Shown: one piece after another, positions 50,857 through 63,700 of the stretch
Position numbering within the stretch: the first letter of the stretch is position 1
How the letters are laid out: each line of letters opens with the position of its first letter
Translations under genes and position numbers: made by a program
Notes under the pieces: model-generated
What the model saw: only the letters and a program-made list of their open reading frames with translations
Told to the model about the DNA's origin: nothing
Database searches by the model: none
From: Raillietiella orientalis
Taxonomy: Eukaryota
Assembly: GCA_036172245.1 (NCBI GenBank)
Contig: JAYWIR010000006.1
Location: 4,278,001 to 4,342,000 of the forward strand
DNA: 64,000 nucleotides
Reading direction: 5' to 3'

Positions 50857-53800
50857 GCGCCTCCAAGAGGTCGTCCCCAGCAGTCCAGCAGTCCGACGTC
50901 CAGCCTCCACGCTACCCCCCTCCGGAAGCGCCCCCGCGGAAAGGGGGCAGAGAGAAATATACGGCGGCTCTGCTGCTACGTGCAACTGACTGCCTTCTTG
51001 GTTGCCCGGGAGACGGAGGCACCCGGTCTGCCTCGCTGCGCCGAATGCGGGGAGCTCCTCGCCGCCACCGTCGTCGGCACTCTTCGATCCGAAGCCAGTG
51101 ACGGCAGCATCCCTGCAGGAGCAGGTCGAGCCCGCGGAGGATAGAGTCCGGCGGCCCTTGCAGTTGCCCGTGGGAGAGCCAGGCTCCGGGGGAGGCGGCA
51201 CTTCTAGAGGGAGACGGGACTCACGGGACGGGTAGGGTCGGACGGGAGGCTCTCGCGGCGTGCCCCGCGGAAAGGCTGTGGCAGCAGCGAGCGGGTCCCC
51301 GGGCAGCAGGAAAGCAGCGAGGCCTCTGCGAGACCCGCGAGACCCCCTTCCTCGGCACAGTATGTTGGCGTGCCGAATTCCTCCCGTCGCCGCCGCTGGC
51401 ACCCTGGTGCGGAGGGCAAGCAACCTCCCGGGGAAGACACAGGAAATCCGGAAGGCAAGGGAGGAGGAGGAGGAGGAGAGATCGTATGGGCACTTCGTCG
51501 GGTCCTCGGTCGCTGTGGCGCCCCACGAACGACCTTCGGCTGTCCATGGTCTCTGGCTCGCTCTGTCCGAGCTGGGGAAGCTCGGAGCGCGGGTCTCCGC
51601 GCGGCGTTTCCTCAAAGCAGGCCGCCCGCCACTAGGCAAGGAGATCTGAAGACCCTGGATCAGGGGAGGATGGCCGCGAGGGGGTATCTCACGCGACCCT
51701 ATGAAAGGGTACCGCACCCTCCTGCCCAGGGAACGCGCGCACGGGAAAGGGCGACCAACTCGTCGTCCTGGGTGACGGCGGCGCCAGCTCTGCCTCGGTC
51801 TCCGTGACCACCCCACCGCCGCGGGGCGCTACCGGCTGCAGTCGAGGGACAGTCGGCCTGACGGTCCCCATTCGGCTCTTACGAAAGCTGACGGCGAAGC
51901 GGCACGGAGGCCCCTGATGGCTGTCCCCGCTGCGGTCCCTTCTGACCACTGCTCTTGGGGTCGACCGCAAGGGTCCTCCAAACACGAGCCTCCTCACTTC
52001 CAAGAACTCTTCACCCCCGACAGGCTCCTCTTCCGTGGAGCGCGCGCTCCAGAGACCGCCCCCTTGCGTCAACGTCGTCCCCCCGGATCGAGTACCCGCC
52101 TCGCCTCTTGGGCGGGATTTGCTGACCTTTCCAGGACACAACCAACGCCGTTGCTGCCCCCACGGGATTCGCCCCCCCGATCCCTACTTATCCCGCCCCA
52201 TACCCTCCACAAGGGAGGAAGGGAGGGGGCCACGGTCCCCGCCGCGCCACTTCATGACCCTCTGCTTGAACCTCCATTGCTGCTCCCTGCTCCTGGCTCC
52301 GTGCCCTTCCGGGAGCCTCTCTTCCAACTGCCCTCCCCACGAGGGGTCGGCTGCTTTTCCCTGGGCACCCGTGGTGCGTTGCACCGCGCCCAGGTGCCGC
52401 TGAACAGCTGCCCTGTTGGGCATGGCTGCCCAACCTTGGTCCTCCCCCCTCTGGAGCTGCCTCACCCTCCATCGCGCTTCCTCCCTGCCCCTTTCCGGTC
52501 CCCGAATTCCTTCCAACTCCGGCGTCGGCAGCAGCGCCCCTAGGCGCGTTGCTGGCACGCCCTCCAGGTCACCTCCTTTGCGTGGGCCGGGACTGCCGGG
52601 GGGAGAAACGTCCGCCCTTCACGAACCCTGCACCCCGCCCTCGATCCTTCGGGACCATCTCAACCTCTTGCATAGAGCCGGCCAGGAGAGGGCAGCAGCC
52701 CGGGCGGAGGGTTCGCCCGCGAGATGAAATGGAGGAGGAGGGAGATGGGCCGGTCCCGCTCTGGGAGGTCGGACTCGCAGCTCATTCCTCTCTGCGTTGC
52801 CCACTCATTTCCGAGGTCCCCGCGGGCAGGCCCGAAACGCCGGACGGGATGTGCCCTCAGAGGTAGAGACCGTCCTTCGCGGACGCGACCCGCTCACCTT
52901 TTCCCTGCTTGCAAGGCCACTGGGTCCGGCCACCATCTTGGCGCTTCCCTAAGGTCCGCTGGAAGTTCAGTCGGGCCGTGCGACCAGACCCCGGTGGGGC
53001 GCGACCCGGAGGATGCGATCCGTCGGGTAGGAGACCAGGGGCTCCCGGCGGGCAGTCCGGCGCTGCTCCTCCCTCCCTAGGTCGGACTTGCGCGGTCCCT
53101 CGACTCTTATCTTCCTCAGAAGCTGCTGGGCGGCGGACGTCCCGGGAGGAGAGTCCTCTCCCCGGATCGCGGCGCGGTCAGGGTCACGTCGAGCTCGGCG
53201 CGCTCCCTCTCCGAGGCTGGAAGCGCCCGCTGGCCGTGACGGGATGGCGCAAGTGCGGCAGCGGCCGTGGTCCCTGGCGAAAGGAAGGTCGCCCGCCACC
53301 CCTTCGTCTCAGACTCGTGCCCGGGAAATCCTTCGTCCCCCGGGAAGTGCTGACCCTGAAGCCGGACAGGGCCTCCCCCGCCTCGGGCGAACTTTCTCCG
53401 GCCCTGTGGGAGTCTCGGAGAGAGGCGCGGGCGGGCCGACCCGGGACGGAGGGCGAAAGCCAAGGCCGCCACGGAGAGCATCTCCCAGCGAAGAATGCTC
53501 CCCTCTGATCTCTTGCCCTTCGCCCTTTGCCCAAGCGGTTCTTCTTCGAGGAAGGACCGGCGGTTGGTCCTTGGGCGGCCCCATTGCAACCCCCGGGACA
53601 AAACTGGGGAGCCAAGATGAGCGCGGGGCAGAGAACGGGCGCGCGACAGCTTCGCCCCTGCGATCGCGAGGACCCTCTGGGGAAACAGCGACCCTGCCCC
53701 CCTCGTTGTGGGACCACTCTTCCGTCGGCCCTTTCCCAGCCGCCGGAGGGGCGAGTCACCCCTCTCCACTCGTTATCCCTCCTCTCCAGTCCCATCGGGT

Positions 53801-54613
53801 TGCCCGGCGACGCTTCGGTCAACAACCTCGGGGCACCGTTAGCCCTCGAGGACGGAGGAGTCGTAGGGTGGGAGAGAAAGGGGGAGTCGCGCGCGCGATC
53901 GTGGAGCGCGCAGGGAGAAGAGCTCCAGCGCTCCTCCGAATGAGCAGCCTCTCTCCGACGGAGTGCCGGTGGTCATGGAAGCACCAGTCGCCGGTGGACC
54001 AGAGTCGAGGACGCATCAGCCCCTTCCTTCGGGCTCCGGACCACGCTCGCGGCGCCGGCTGGTACTCCCGATGGCCTCCAGAAGAACGTAAGTTGTTGTC
54101 CTTCTTTTCGCTTCCGCCCCGCCGCCGGGTCTCCTAGGAAACTCCCTCTTCCACCCTGGCCGGCCTGCTCTTTCCATCCGACCTCCCACTCTCCCTCATG
54201 AGGCCCCCCGGACGGAGAGAGGGAGGGAAAGAGAGAGAGAGAAAAAAACCTCTCCTTCGAAGAGCGTCCTCTCTAGAACACCGCTGCACCCGCTTCCCAG
54301 TTGGAGAATCCGAGGGGAGATGGCGCTCAGAGCGACGAACGTCTGCCATCGTCCAGGCTGAGTGGGGAATGGAGAGGAATCGCATTCCCCACTCTGGCTA
54401 GAGGACGGGGGGAGGGTGGGTGGGAGTGCAGCGTCGCTCTCCCGTACCTCCGCCGCCGTCGCCTGCAGCTGTCGTTCGGATCCGCTCTCTGCCAGCTTTC
54501 GGACGTCCCAGGGGCCAAGCAGCAGGCAGATTCGACCGGGACAACCCTCCCCCCCCGGAGGTGCTCTTTCCCTCCTTCCAGAGCTGGGCTCTTTCGCCTC
54601 TCCCTCCCCACCC

Positions 54614-56458
54614 ATGAACCCTCCCCGCACTCGCTGCTCTCACGGCTCTGGTCTGTCCTCCAGGGAGCAGCCATCCCTTCGGGCAGTGCGGAGGACCTCT
54701 GTGGCCTGGACCACGCGGCTCCTTGTCTTCTTCATCTCCTTCTGGTGCTCCTTCTGTCGCATCTCCGGAGACGGCGTGAAGATTCCCGACATGCCGCGAA
54801 GAGTGCTCCAGAGGACCGTGAGTCGCCTCCTCCTCCTCCCCTCCGGGGGACAGGGCCTCGCGTCCCCTCCCCGAAGTCAGGAGGCACCGAGGCCTCCCTG
54901 ACCCCTCCTTCCTTGCAGGAGAACCTGGTGCGGGAGCGTGGCTATGGGTTTGCGGCCCACCGTCTCGTCACGGACGACGGATACATCCTGCAACTTCACC
55001 GCATCCTTCCGCGGAACGGCTCCAGACGGTTCCCGGTGCTCTTCGTCCACGGCGCCATGGGCGCATCCTCTGACTTCGTTCTGAAGGAGCCCAAGGACTC
55101 CCTGGGTAGGGCCGTGGGCGGGTGTGGAGGGCGGGAGCCAACGCCACTGCCGGTCCAGCCTTCCAGCTGGCGGACGCCGGCTACAGCGTCTGGCTGATCA
55201 ACATGAGGGGCAACACATACAGCCGGGGTCACGTGCTAAGGGACATAGGCCCTCAATACTGGGAGTTCAGGTGAGGAGGGGGGTGCTCCTGGGTTGTGGA
55301 GGGGTGGAAGAATCCGGGTCTCCCCGCGGCCCTCCTCTTCCCCGGGGGGCCACCCACCCGTCACGCAGCTGGGACGAGATGGGCAAGCACGACCTCCCCC
55401 GCACAGTGGACTTCGTGCTGCGCACCGAGAGCCGCGAGCGACTCATCCTCGTCGGCTACTCCATGGGCACCACGGTGTTCTACGCAGCCTGTCAGCATCA
55501 CCCGGACATCGTGACCCGGATCAGACTGGCCGTGTCCCTGGGGCCAGTGGCTTATACCCACAGCGCCACCAGCCCACTGGTCAGGGCTCTGGCGCCCATC
55601 CTGTTCGACCTGAAGGTGAGGACTGCCTCCGCTCCCCCTCCTTCCGCTTCCTTCCAGAACTTTGAGGCTCTCCTGGGCAAGGAGGACTTCCTGCCCCACT
55701 CCCAGGGGATGGAGAGCGTCCTGCGATTCGTCTGCGACCGCTCCGTCGCCCAGAGGCAGCTCTGCGTCAAGTACTTCTTCATGCTGGTGGGCTTCGACCC
55801 CTTCCAGTTCGACCCCGTGAGTCAGCGGTCCCGGGGCTGCGCCCGAGACCCGCCGGCCGCTTCCCTCCCCGCCCCTCCTCCTCCTCCCGCAGGACTTCGT
55901 GCCCGTCCTCATTGGCAACATCCCCTCCGGGACGTCCGTCCGCACCATCCACCACTACGTCCAGTCGTACAACTACAAGCGCTTCGCCATGTACGACTTC
56001 GGGACGGAGGTCAACCTGGACAAGTACAACCAGACGACCCCGCCCCAGTACGACCTCCGCCTGGTCACCGTCCCCCACGTCATCTACTACAGCGACAACG
56101 ACTTCCTGGCCCATCCTACAGTGAGTGTGCGCGCCATCCCCACTCCCCGTCCCCTGCGGGAACGTGCGCACGTTACCTGCCGCCGCCACCGTGGAAGAAG
56201 CAGTAATCTTTCCACCCTTCCCATCACTCCTCCCCTGCGCTGCCGCTCGCTGCGCTGAGCCCTAATTTCTTCAAGGACGTGCTGAGGCTCGTCGCCGAGC
56301 TCGGCAGCACCCCGAAGGTCCGAAGGGTCAATCGGAAGTTCTACAACCACGCGGACTTCGTGTGGGCGGAGAACGTGGGTCAGGTGCTGGTGAAGGACCT
56401 GGTTGCTACGATAGAAAAGTCCTCCCGGGAAGAAGAGGAGGAAGATCCCCGTTCCTGA
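54614..56458 (+). CDS. Acid lipase (gastric/lysosomal acid lipase, Lip3-like; alpha/beta hydrolase), 7 exons, about 439 aa
   Basis: Exons 54614-54817, 54919-55105, 55159-55270, 55369-55615, 55658-55816, 55893-56120, 56276-56458 (1320 nt). Motifs: HRLVTDDGYILQLHRI, PVLFVHG, LADAGYSVWLINMRGNTYSRGH, YWEFSWDEMGKHDLP, nucleophile GYSMG, YSDNDFL (Asp), YNHADFVWA (His), so the catalytic triad is intact. A hydrophobic stretch LLVFFISFWCSFC lies in exon 1. The exact start codon is uncertain. Confidence 0.93.
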
Positions 56459-56600
56459 AGAGCCAGGCCGACTCCTCGGGAGCGAACCGATCACCCGGTG
56501 CCCCCCAGCGGGGCAGGAGCGCCTTCCAGGCTATACGAAGGGCGCTGCCGACCGGTGGCGCTCCCCCCGGAGGTGCGGAAAGTTTCCTCTCGACCTGGCC

Positions 56601-56606
56601 AATAAA
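56601..56606 (+). terminator. Candidate polyadenylation signal of the lipase gene
   Basis: AATAAA about 140 nt after the TGA at 56456-56458, in otherwise GC-rich sequence. Confidence 0.6.
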
Positions 56607-59384
56607 CAGCCTCCAAGCCGAGAGGGATCCTTTGCGGCGAGGAGGGAGGAGGAGCGCTCAGGGACCGAGGCTGCGTGAGCCACTCCGCCCTCCCCTCCCT
56701 GCAAGGGAGTCGCGACGGCCGTCCCGGGACGGCCTTCCGCGCCTGTGGGCACTGCCAGCCACACATCCGGCGGAACCCAGGAGTCTGGAGCCTCGCCCCT
56801 GGCCGCGTTGGCGCCGCTCCGGTGGCGCTAATGCGGCTAGGGGCGAGCGCCACATCCGAGTGGCCGTCCCCAGCACTGCTCCCTGCCGGAGGCGGCGGCG
56901 GGGGCCCCCTCCCTGCTCTGGGCGCATCTCCCCGGGACTCCTCAGAGCCGGTCCGTTCGTCCCGGTGGCCTCCGGCCGCTGAGCGTCCCACCCTTCCGGC
57001 GTTCCGGGGCGACAACCCCGAAAGACCACCCCTCCCCGATGGCGATGACGGAGACCCCTGGCAGCGGCGCCTCTTCCAGCCCCCGGGCGACAAAGTGCCG
57101 CCTGATCGAGCGGTGCTCCCGGAGCTTCTAAGCGGGGAGGCACAGCGGACGCACCCACCCTAAGCTTGACCTTTGGTGAGCGGATTCCAGAAAGCACGCT
57201 GCCGCCATGCAGCTGGGCAGACAGTTCGGCGGCCGCACTTCTCGTGGGCGGTGGACCGAATGCGACCTCCATCCTCCCCTCCTCCGGTATGCCAACCGCG
57301 GCGGCGTGCAGCGGCCTCTCTACGAGAGGTGCGAAGCCTCCGGACTCTTCGCCATGGGAGGGCCGTTCCCCGAGTCACGTCTGTTTGGGGAGGGAGGGGG
57401 ACAGGGAGAAATCGCAGCGGACGACCCGGGCTCTGCAGCACGCGAGCCGACCGCTTCCTCGTCGCCTCCTTCGAGCAGGCGGGAAGGCAGGAAGTGTACA
57501 GGGGCTGCTTCTCTCCCCCTGTACCTGCCGCCACCTTTTTTTCACTTTTTTTAATTTCAACCCCCCTCCAGGCGGTGTTCCGGAGACTTCGTGCGTCACG
57601 ACGCGAAGTGGAAGGGGCTCCGCCGCAGACGGGATGGGCAGAGAGACGGACGGGACGCTTCAAGGGCAGCCGGTTCTTTCACCTCTCCGGCCCCTCTGCC
57701 GCGCGGCCAGATAGCGACCGGCACGGCGGCGCGACGAAAGTGAAGCCTCGCGAGCTCGGCCGGCTAAAGTGAAAGTGGGAGGGCGTCGGCCGCCGCCGTT
57801 CGCGCAAAGAAAGTCGCGAGCGCGGCGTGGCCAGTGAAAGCAGTCGCGCGCGCCTTCGTTTCCGGGAATGGCGCTGTGGGAGGGGGAGGGGGATTGCCCA
57901 CACCCTATTCTTGCTCCGAAGCTCCACTGCTCTCCTGGGAGTGGAGGAGGGCCGCCGGCGACGGACGAGTGGCGTGCCTGGATCCCTCCGCCCGTTATCC
58001 CTGGAAGGGAGGCATTTCCTCTGGAACGCCAGCGAGGGGAGGAAAACCCAAGATGGCTGCGGTGCGGCTGCTGCTGCTGCAAGGGAACCGGTGATTCCGT
58101 CTGCAGCCTTCCTGGCAGGAGGGACCCTGCTTTCCCTGTGCCACCTCTGCGAGCGCCATCGTATCCTATGGAGCCTCTGCTCCTTGTTGGCTCCAGATTC
58201 TCCCCTCCTGTGCTCGCCTGCGCTGCGAGAGACAGCCCGTACAGGTCTGAGCGTGCGCAGTGGGGGACGGGAATGAGGGTGAGTGGGGAAAGGGAAACCG
58301 CTGCCCTTCCTACTCTTCCCCCTCTTATTCGCAGTGCGGGAGTCGAAAGGAAGTCCCCCCCTCCTCCGTGCCTTCCTCCCTCCCAGAGCGGGTGCTGAGA
58401 TGAGATGCCAGGTGGCGCTAGCGGTCTGGGCAAAAATCGCTCCCGGCGATTTTTGCAGGGAGCGCCGACGATGAGACCAGGACACGCAGCGCACGCCTTC
58501 GGAGCCAGTTCTTCGGCGGTGCCCAAAGACGCCCTGGGCATCGCCAGAGTGGCGATACAAAATCGAAAGGCTGAGAGCGGGCAGCCAAAATGAGCCTCCT
58601 GAAGCCTGCAGGCACCTCGGCGACTCAAAAAGTTCCGAGGAACCAGAGGGAAGAGTGAAGTGGATGGTTGGCGCCAAGGTGAAAGGAGGACGTTGGTTCT
58701 GTCCCGCGTCTTCACAGAAAGGAGAGATCTCCTTGCCTCTGATCGCACCTGGAATCCTGGGGGAGCGGGCTGGTTGTCTGGTTCGCGGGATCCTCCTCCT
58801 CTTCCACTCGCCAGGTCGCCGTTCGTCCGCTGCCAGGAGGGATGTTGTCGTCCTAGCCGCTGGAAACGCCTGCTCCGACAGGGTTCCCGCGTGCTCCCTT
58901 TCTTCCTGTCGAGATCCCTTCTTCACGTGCTTCGCGACTGTAAGAGGCTCCATGGACTCATCCGGTCCCCCGGTTTCGATCGCAGCGCCGGTCATCCGAC
59001 CAGGAACAGTCTTCTGCTCCCTCACGCATCCGATGGGTACGTCCACCACCATCCTCAGCCAACGAAGCTTTCAGCTTCCGACTGGAGCGTACCCATTCAA
59101 ACGCAGACATCTCCTGGAAGAACCCGTGGCAGGGCAGCTGCAAGATCGGATCTTGGTCCGATTCACCCCTTTCACCTCCCTACTTCGGGAAACAATGGGT
59201 ACTTGATCCGCAACAATAAGGGGTCGGACACCTTGCTCCCGCAACAATGAATCCGAATGTCTGAGTCCTCAACAATGGCGTCGAATCGCTTTCGTGGCCG
59301 CGCCTGCTCTCCATCGAAAGTCGTGCCACGGCGGAGTTCCTCTCACCTTTGAAAAACTGGGAACCAACTTCGTCGCCACATTTC

Positions 59385-59575
59385 CGGAGCCCGCCTTTCC
59401 TTAGTCTCCCCTCCTCTCGCGTCTTGAGCACCCTTTCGCCCCCGAAGCCTTGTGCGACCCTTTCCTGATTTCCCGCCCCCGCCTTCTTCTTCTGGGGCTC
59501 GTCCTCTCCCGAACTCTCCGCTGGAAACCCTGTCGCGTGGCTATCTGGACTCCAGAAGGAAGGACCGTCCGGGCC
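59385..59575 (-). repeat. Inverted duplication, copy A (partner 60518-60712)
   Basis: The 48-nt core 59494-59541 is the reverse complement of 60552-60599 with one mismatch. Weaker similarity extends over about 190 nt; outer boundaries are approximate. Confidence 0.85.
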
Positions 59576-60517
59576 GGGGTCCCATCCGGACGGTCCTTCC
59601 CGCCCGAACGCAGCGTCAGAGCTCCTTCTCCAAGGGGATTCTTCTCCTGCCCCGTCCGAGGAGGGCCGAGGAACAGCTTTACATCAGAGTGCCCCCGGTC
59701 GCGGACATTCCTAGAGACGCTCTCCCGGTGTCTCACTAGCGAGTTCCCTCGAGGACTTGAGGAGCGTCGGCGCCTTCCCGGGCTGCAAGGACGAGACCGA
59801 CAGGAGCACGAATGCCCAAGACGAAGGGGACCGCCCGGGAAACTCTGCGGTCCACGAAGTATGGCGAGGGAGGGAGTCGCCCGAGACAGGGTTTCGGGCG
59901 ACTGGAAAGGAGGAAGGAGAGGACCTTGACTCAGGGAAGGCCCTCTTTTTCTCCGGAGCTTCCCGACTGCCCCAAAGGCGGGGCAGTCGGAAAGCTCTAC
60001 CCATCCCGCCCACTCTACCCCCTCCTACGCCCCCATTTTGCCACCCTCCTTCTCACTTTTACTCTACATCCTCTCCCCTTGTCCCTTCCGGATCCCAAGT
60101 TCGGCGAAACCAGCCCTCCCAACTCCTTTATTTCTCATTTTTGCCCTCGTGCTTCCTCCTTTCGTGTCGGATCCCGGTCTTAACGCAGTCCACGCGCCCT
60201 CGTCCTGGCAGGACCCAGTGCCTCAGAGTTTCGCGCTAAATTTGTGCCACTTTGGGGCAGTCCTCGAGCCCCTCCGCAAGGAGGAACAGAAGGGCCTTTT
60301 TTCCGGTAATGCCCCTCTGGTGGACGTGCCCGTCTGTTCCCACGCAACCAGAGAGTTCAACTCCTCTTCCTCCTCCCCCCCCCAGCCCCTTCCTGAGGAT
60401 GCGTGCTCGTTCCATAGGCGGTGTTTTGGGGGACTCCCACCCCACGCCTCTTCGGAGAGGTGCGTCTCCGGCGACGGCCCTCGACTCCACCCACGAAGGA
60501 CAGACAGTGGCGCCTGC

Positions 60518-60712
60518 GGCCCGGACGGTTCGTCCTTCCGGGATCCGGATCGCCACGCGACAGGGTTTCCAGCAGAGAGTTCGGGAGAGGACGAGCCCCT
60601 GGAGGAGAGAGGAGGGGAATGGGACGTCAGGAGAGGGTCGAGCGGGGATTCAGGGGCGGGCGGAAATCAAAACGCGGGAGGAAGGGAGAGGAGAGAAAGG
60701 AGGGCGTTCTCC
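60518..60712 (+). repeat. Inverted duplication, copy B (partner 59385-59575)
   Basis: GGCCCGGACGGT...GCCACGCGACAGGGTTTCCAGCAGAGAGTTCGGGAGAGGACGAGCCCC matches copy A in inverted orientation. Confidence 0.85.
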
Positions 60713-63700
60713 GCAGAGAGAAGGAAGTCTCTCCTTCCCCCATGCGCCTACTGAGGGACGGGGCGTCCTCTGGAGTGGTCTTCGGCTCTACCGAGCGCTG
60801 CTGACATGCGGACGCTCCTCCCATCTGGCGGAGAACTCGCAAGTTCAGAGGAGGCGCGTCCGTCCTGCTCAAGTCGGGGCTCCACCTCGCTATCGCAGGG
60901 GACAAGTAGGCCCGAGGGGGACCGGGACAGGACCGCTCGTCCCCTTTCTCAGCTCCTGAATCCCTTCCTTTTTCCGGGACGCGCGCACCCGCCCGAGCAG
61001 CGCGCTTCGTGTGCAGGTGGTTCTGCGAGGTCCTCCTTCCAGATGCTGCTTTCCTCCTCCCCCTCCTCCTCCTCCTCCCCCCCCCCCGCTGCCACGATTG
61101 CGGGCTGTGCCTCGGTGGAGGTCCTCCAGGGAGCAAACAATCGCCCGTGCCGCTTGGAACGGGATCAACGGCAGCGGAAGGGCCAAGGAGGCCCATCTTG
61201 AGGAGGAGGACAGGGAAAAACAACAGGTGGCTGCGCGAGTGCAGGCTGTTGTCTTAGCAGCCGGCGGTCGGAAGGAGGGGGGAGGGGGAACAGTGCCATC
61301 CTCCTCCTTCCCCCGCTCTGATCCTCCACCTCCCCTGTCCACGAGCTGCAGTGGTTCCCGGTCTGCTCGTAAGGCCGGGACCATCTCGCCCTCGTCTCTC
61401 CGTGGCAGGGGTGGGCACGACTTCTGGTCGAGAGCCTCTGGAGGGGCCATTCTCCTCGATGGCCTGGCTCAGCCCCAGGGCAGCAGCCACCCCTCAGCAT
61501 GAGAGTTCTCCGCCAAATGGAAGAGGATCCGCTTGGAGACCCCTGCCCTCCACGCCACCCCCTTGTCCTTTGGTGCTCGTGCCACCACCGCCGACATTCG
61601 GTGAGCAGGGAGCAGGGAGGCTCCAGCGCTCGGACGCCCGCACCTCTCCCTTGGGCGGCGCTCCTGCAGGACGAGAAGACTACGTCCTCCTCCTCGCCCT
61701 CCTGGGAGTTCCTCTTCCTCCGAGGAGGTCGCGGGGGATCGCAGGGGGATGGGGTGTGCATCGGGCCGCCGACTCACCCAGCCCCTCCGCCGGGTTCAGG
61801 TGGAGGTCGACGGCGATGTCCCTGACCCTCTCTACCCTCCCCGGGCAGGCCAGTGGTTCCGGAAGTACCTCGGGACCGCGTGATGAGCTCCCGAACCCGG
61901 CAGATGGAACGACCGGACTCTCAGGGGGAAGGAGGAGGGGGCAGTGCCTCCTGGCAGGCATTGGAGGAGCAGCGGCGGGAGATCGCTGCGCTCCCCCCCC
62001 TTCGTCGCAGCGACGCTCCGGGAAGGGAGGGTGGCTTCCTGGAAGCATCCCGTTGCTTCCTTCCTTCCTTCCTTGTCGCATGCGCGCGCGTTCCTGCGCG
62101 TTTATCGACAGGTGCGCACACACCCACGTGCGCGCATGATCGCCAGATAAGCCGTAATCGTCGGTCCGCGCCAGACGTTGGCTCATAGCTGATAGCGCCA
62201 AAGATCACCAGGAGAGAGCAGGCAAGGCAGCGGCGCTCAGCTCCCCAGGTCGCTCCTCTTCCCGGGAGCGCGCGACCCGGAAGCAGTGGAGACACCACGC
62301 GCTTCCGTAGGGAACTCGGTAGGCCCGCCGCCCACTGGCAGCTACGCTGGATTCCTCCCGCCCCCTAGCGCAGGGTTCCTCCTCCCCCCCTCTTTCCCAC
62401 GAGGACGTGCGACCGGGCGGAACCGCGCGCACGCGAGCGAGAGAGGGTGACGGCGAGCAGCGCGTGTGTGAGGACGACCGAGAAGTCATCCCGGCCCCTC
62501 GGGCAGCAGGGTCGAGGCCACGAAGGTTTTTCCGGGCCGCTCCCTCCGGAAGCGGGCGGCGTCCCTCGGGTCCCGCGCACGAGCATCTGGCGGGGGCGCT
62601 CCCTGCTCGCGATTTTCGCGGTCAGTCGGGCCGTGGAGGCGCGGTGGAGCCTCCGGGCCGCAGGGCCGCGAGCTGAGCCGTAAATCTGTCAGGGAGAAAT
62701 GCGCCACTCTCCACGCGGAGGCTCCTTCGTGGCGCCGCGCGTGGCCGGCCGCTCCCCGGAGGGAACGGCGAAAGCGCGCGCACTGGGGCAACGGGACGCG
62801 TTCGGCCCGACCGTGGAGGGGCTGTGCCTGCGGGCGTCGAGCCGCAGCGGATTTGCACCCCGGGGGTCCCTCTTTCCAGGTCCGTCACGACAGAAGGAGG
62901 TCGTCTCCATGGTTACTCGCGGGAGAAGGCGGGGGAAGGGAACCTGGGGAAGCGGACACCGAGAGCCTCCATCCAGCATTTCGCCAGGGGACGCCTGCGC
63001 GCCGTCAAGAAACCTACGCCATTGCTGACGAAATTCCGCGCCATATGTGCTGCTGCGGAGCGCGAGTCGATGCGTGCGCACCTCGGTCCAATCGCCCGCG
63101 GCGAGCCAGGGAAACGCGCGCCCCCGGCCGCTCACCAGTCGCGCTGCCCGCGCGAAGAACAGAAGCCTCGCCGGCTTCCCGGTTCGGCCGATCCCCGGGA
63201 CCGGGAGAGACGCGGGAAGCTTAGCTCCTCTACCCCGGGATGGAGGGAGGGGGGGAGACGAGGCGAGGCCGCTTCTTCGGCTCACAGGGCTCTGCGGAAG
63301 CCAGGACACCGTCGCCCTCGCAACCAAGGAGGGGCAGGAGGGGTTGAGGCCGACAGCGTCCTCGAGGATGTCGCGTGCGATGCGGGCAGAACGGGACGGT
63401 CCGCGGGAACTCTACGGAAGGAAGAAGGCGGGGAACGGGCGTGGCTCCTGCCGTCCCGCTGGAGTCACGAGATGCCCTGGGAGCGGAATCTTCCTGCCTG
63501 CTTTGGGGTGGCTGCCAGGAATTCATTTCTGTTCCCCATGGGGATTCCTGGCGAAAGTAACGGGGTGGAGTCACCTTCCTTTCTCCCCAGTATGCAAGAA
63601 CCCTTTGGCCCTCGAGCCACCGTTCTCACCTCCACCTGTCCGTGTCCTTGCGCGGTCAGGTCCGATCCAGGCAACTTCCGAAGACTGGCTAAAAGGAGAT

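Noticed and set aside
57660..59250. Gene or transposon ORFs (457 aa, 362 aa and others)
   Set aside because: No recognisable motifs; trial splicing on the minus strand hit stop codons.
61165..62201. Minus-strand exon ending VRDIAVDLHLNPAEGL|GTGAGT
   Set aside because: There is a good-looking donor but no matching acceptor, partner exon or homology I could recognise.
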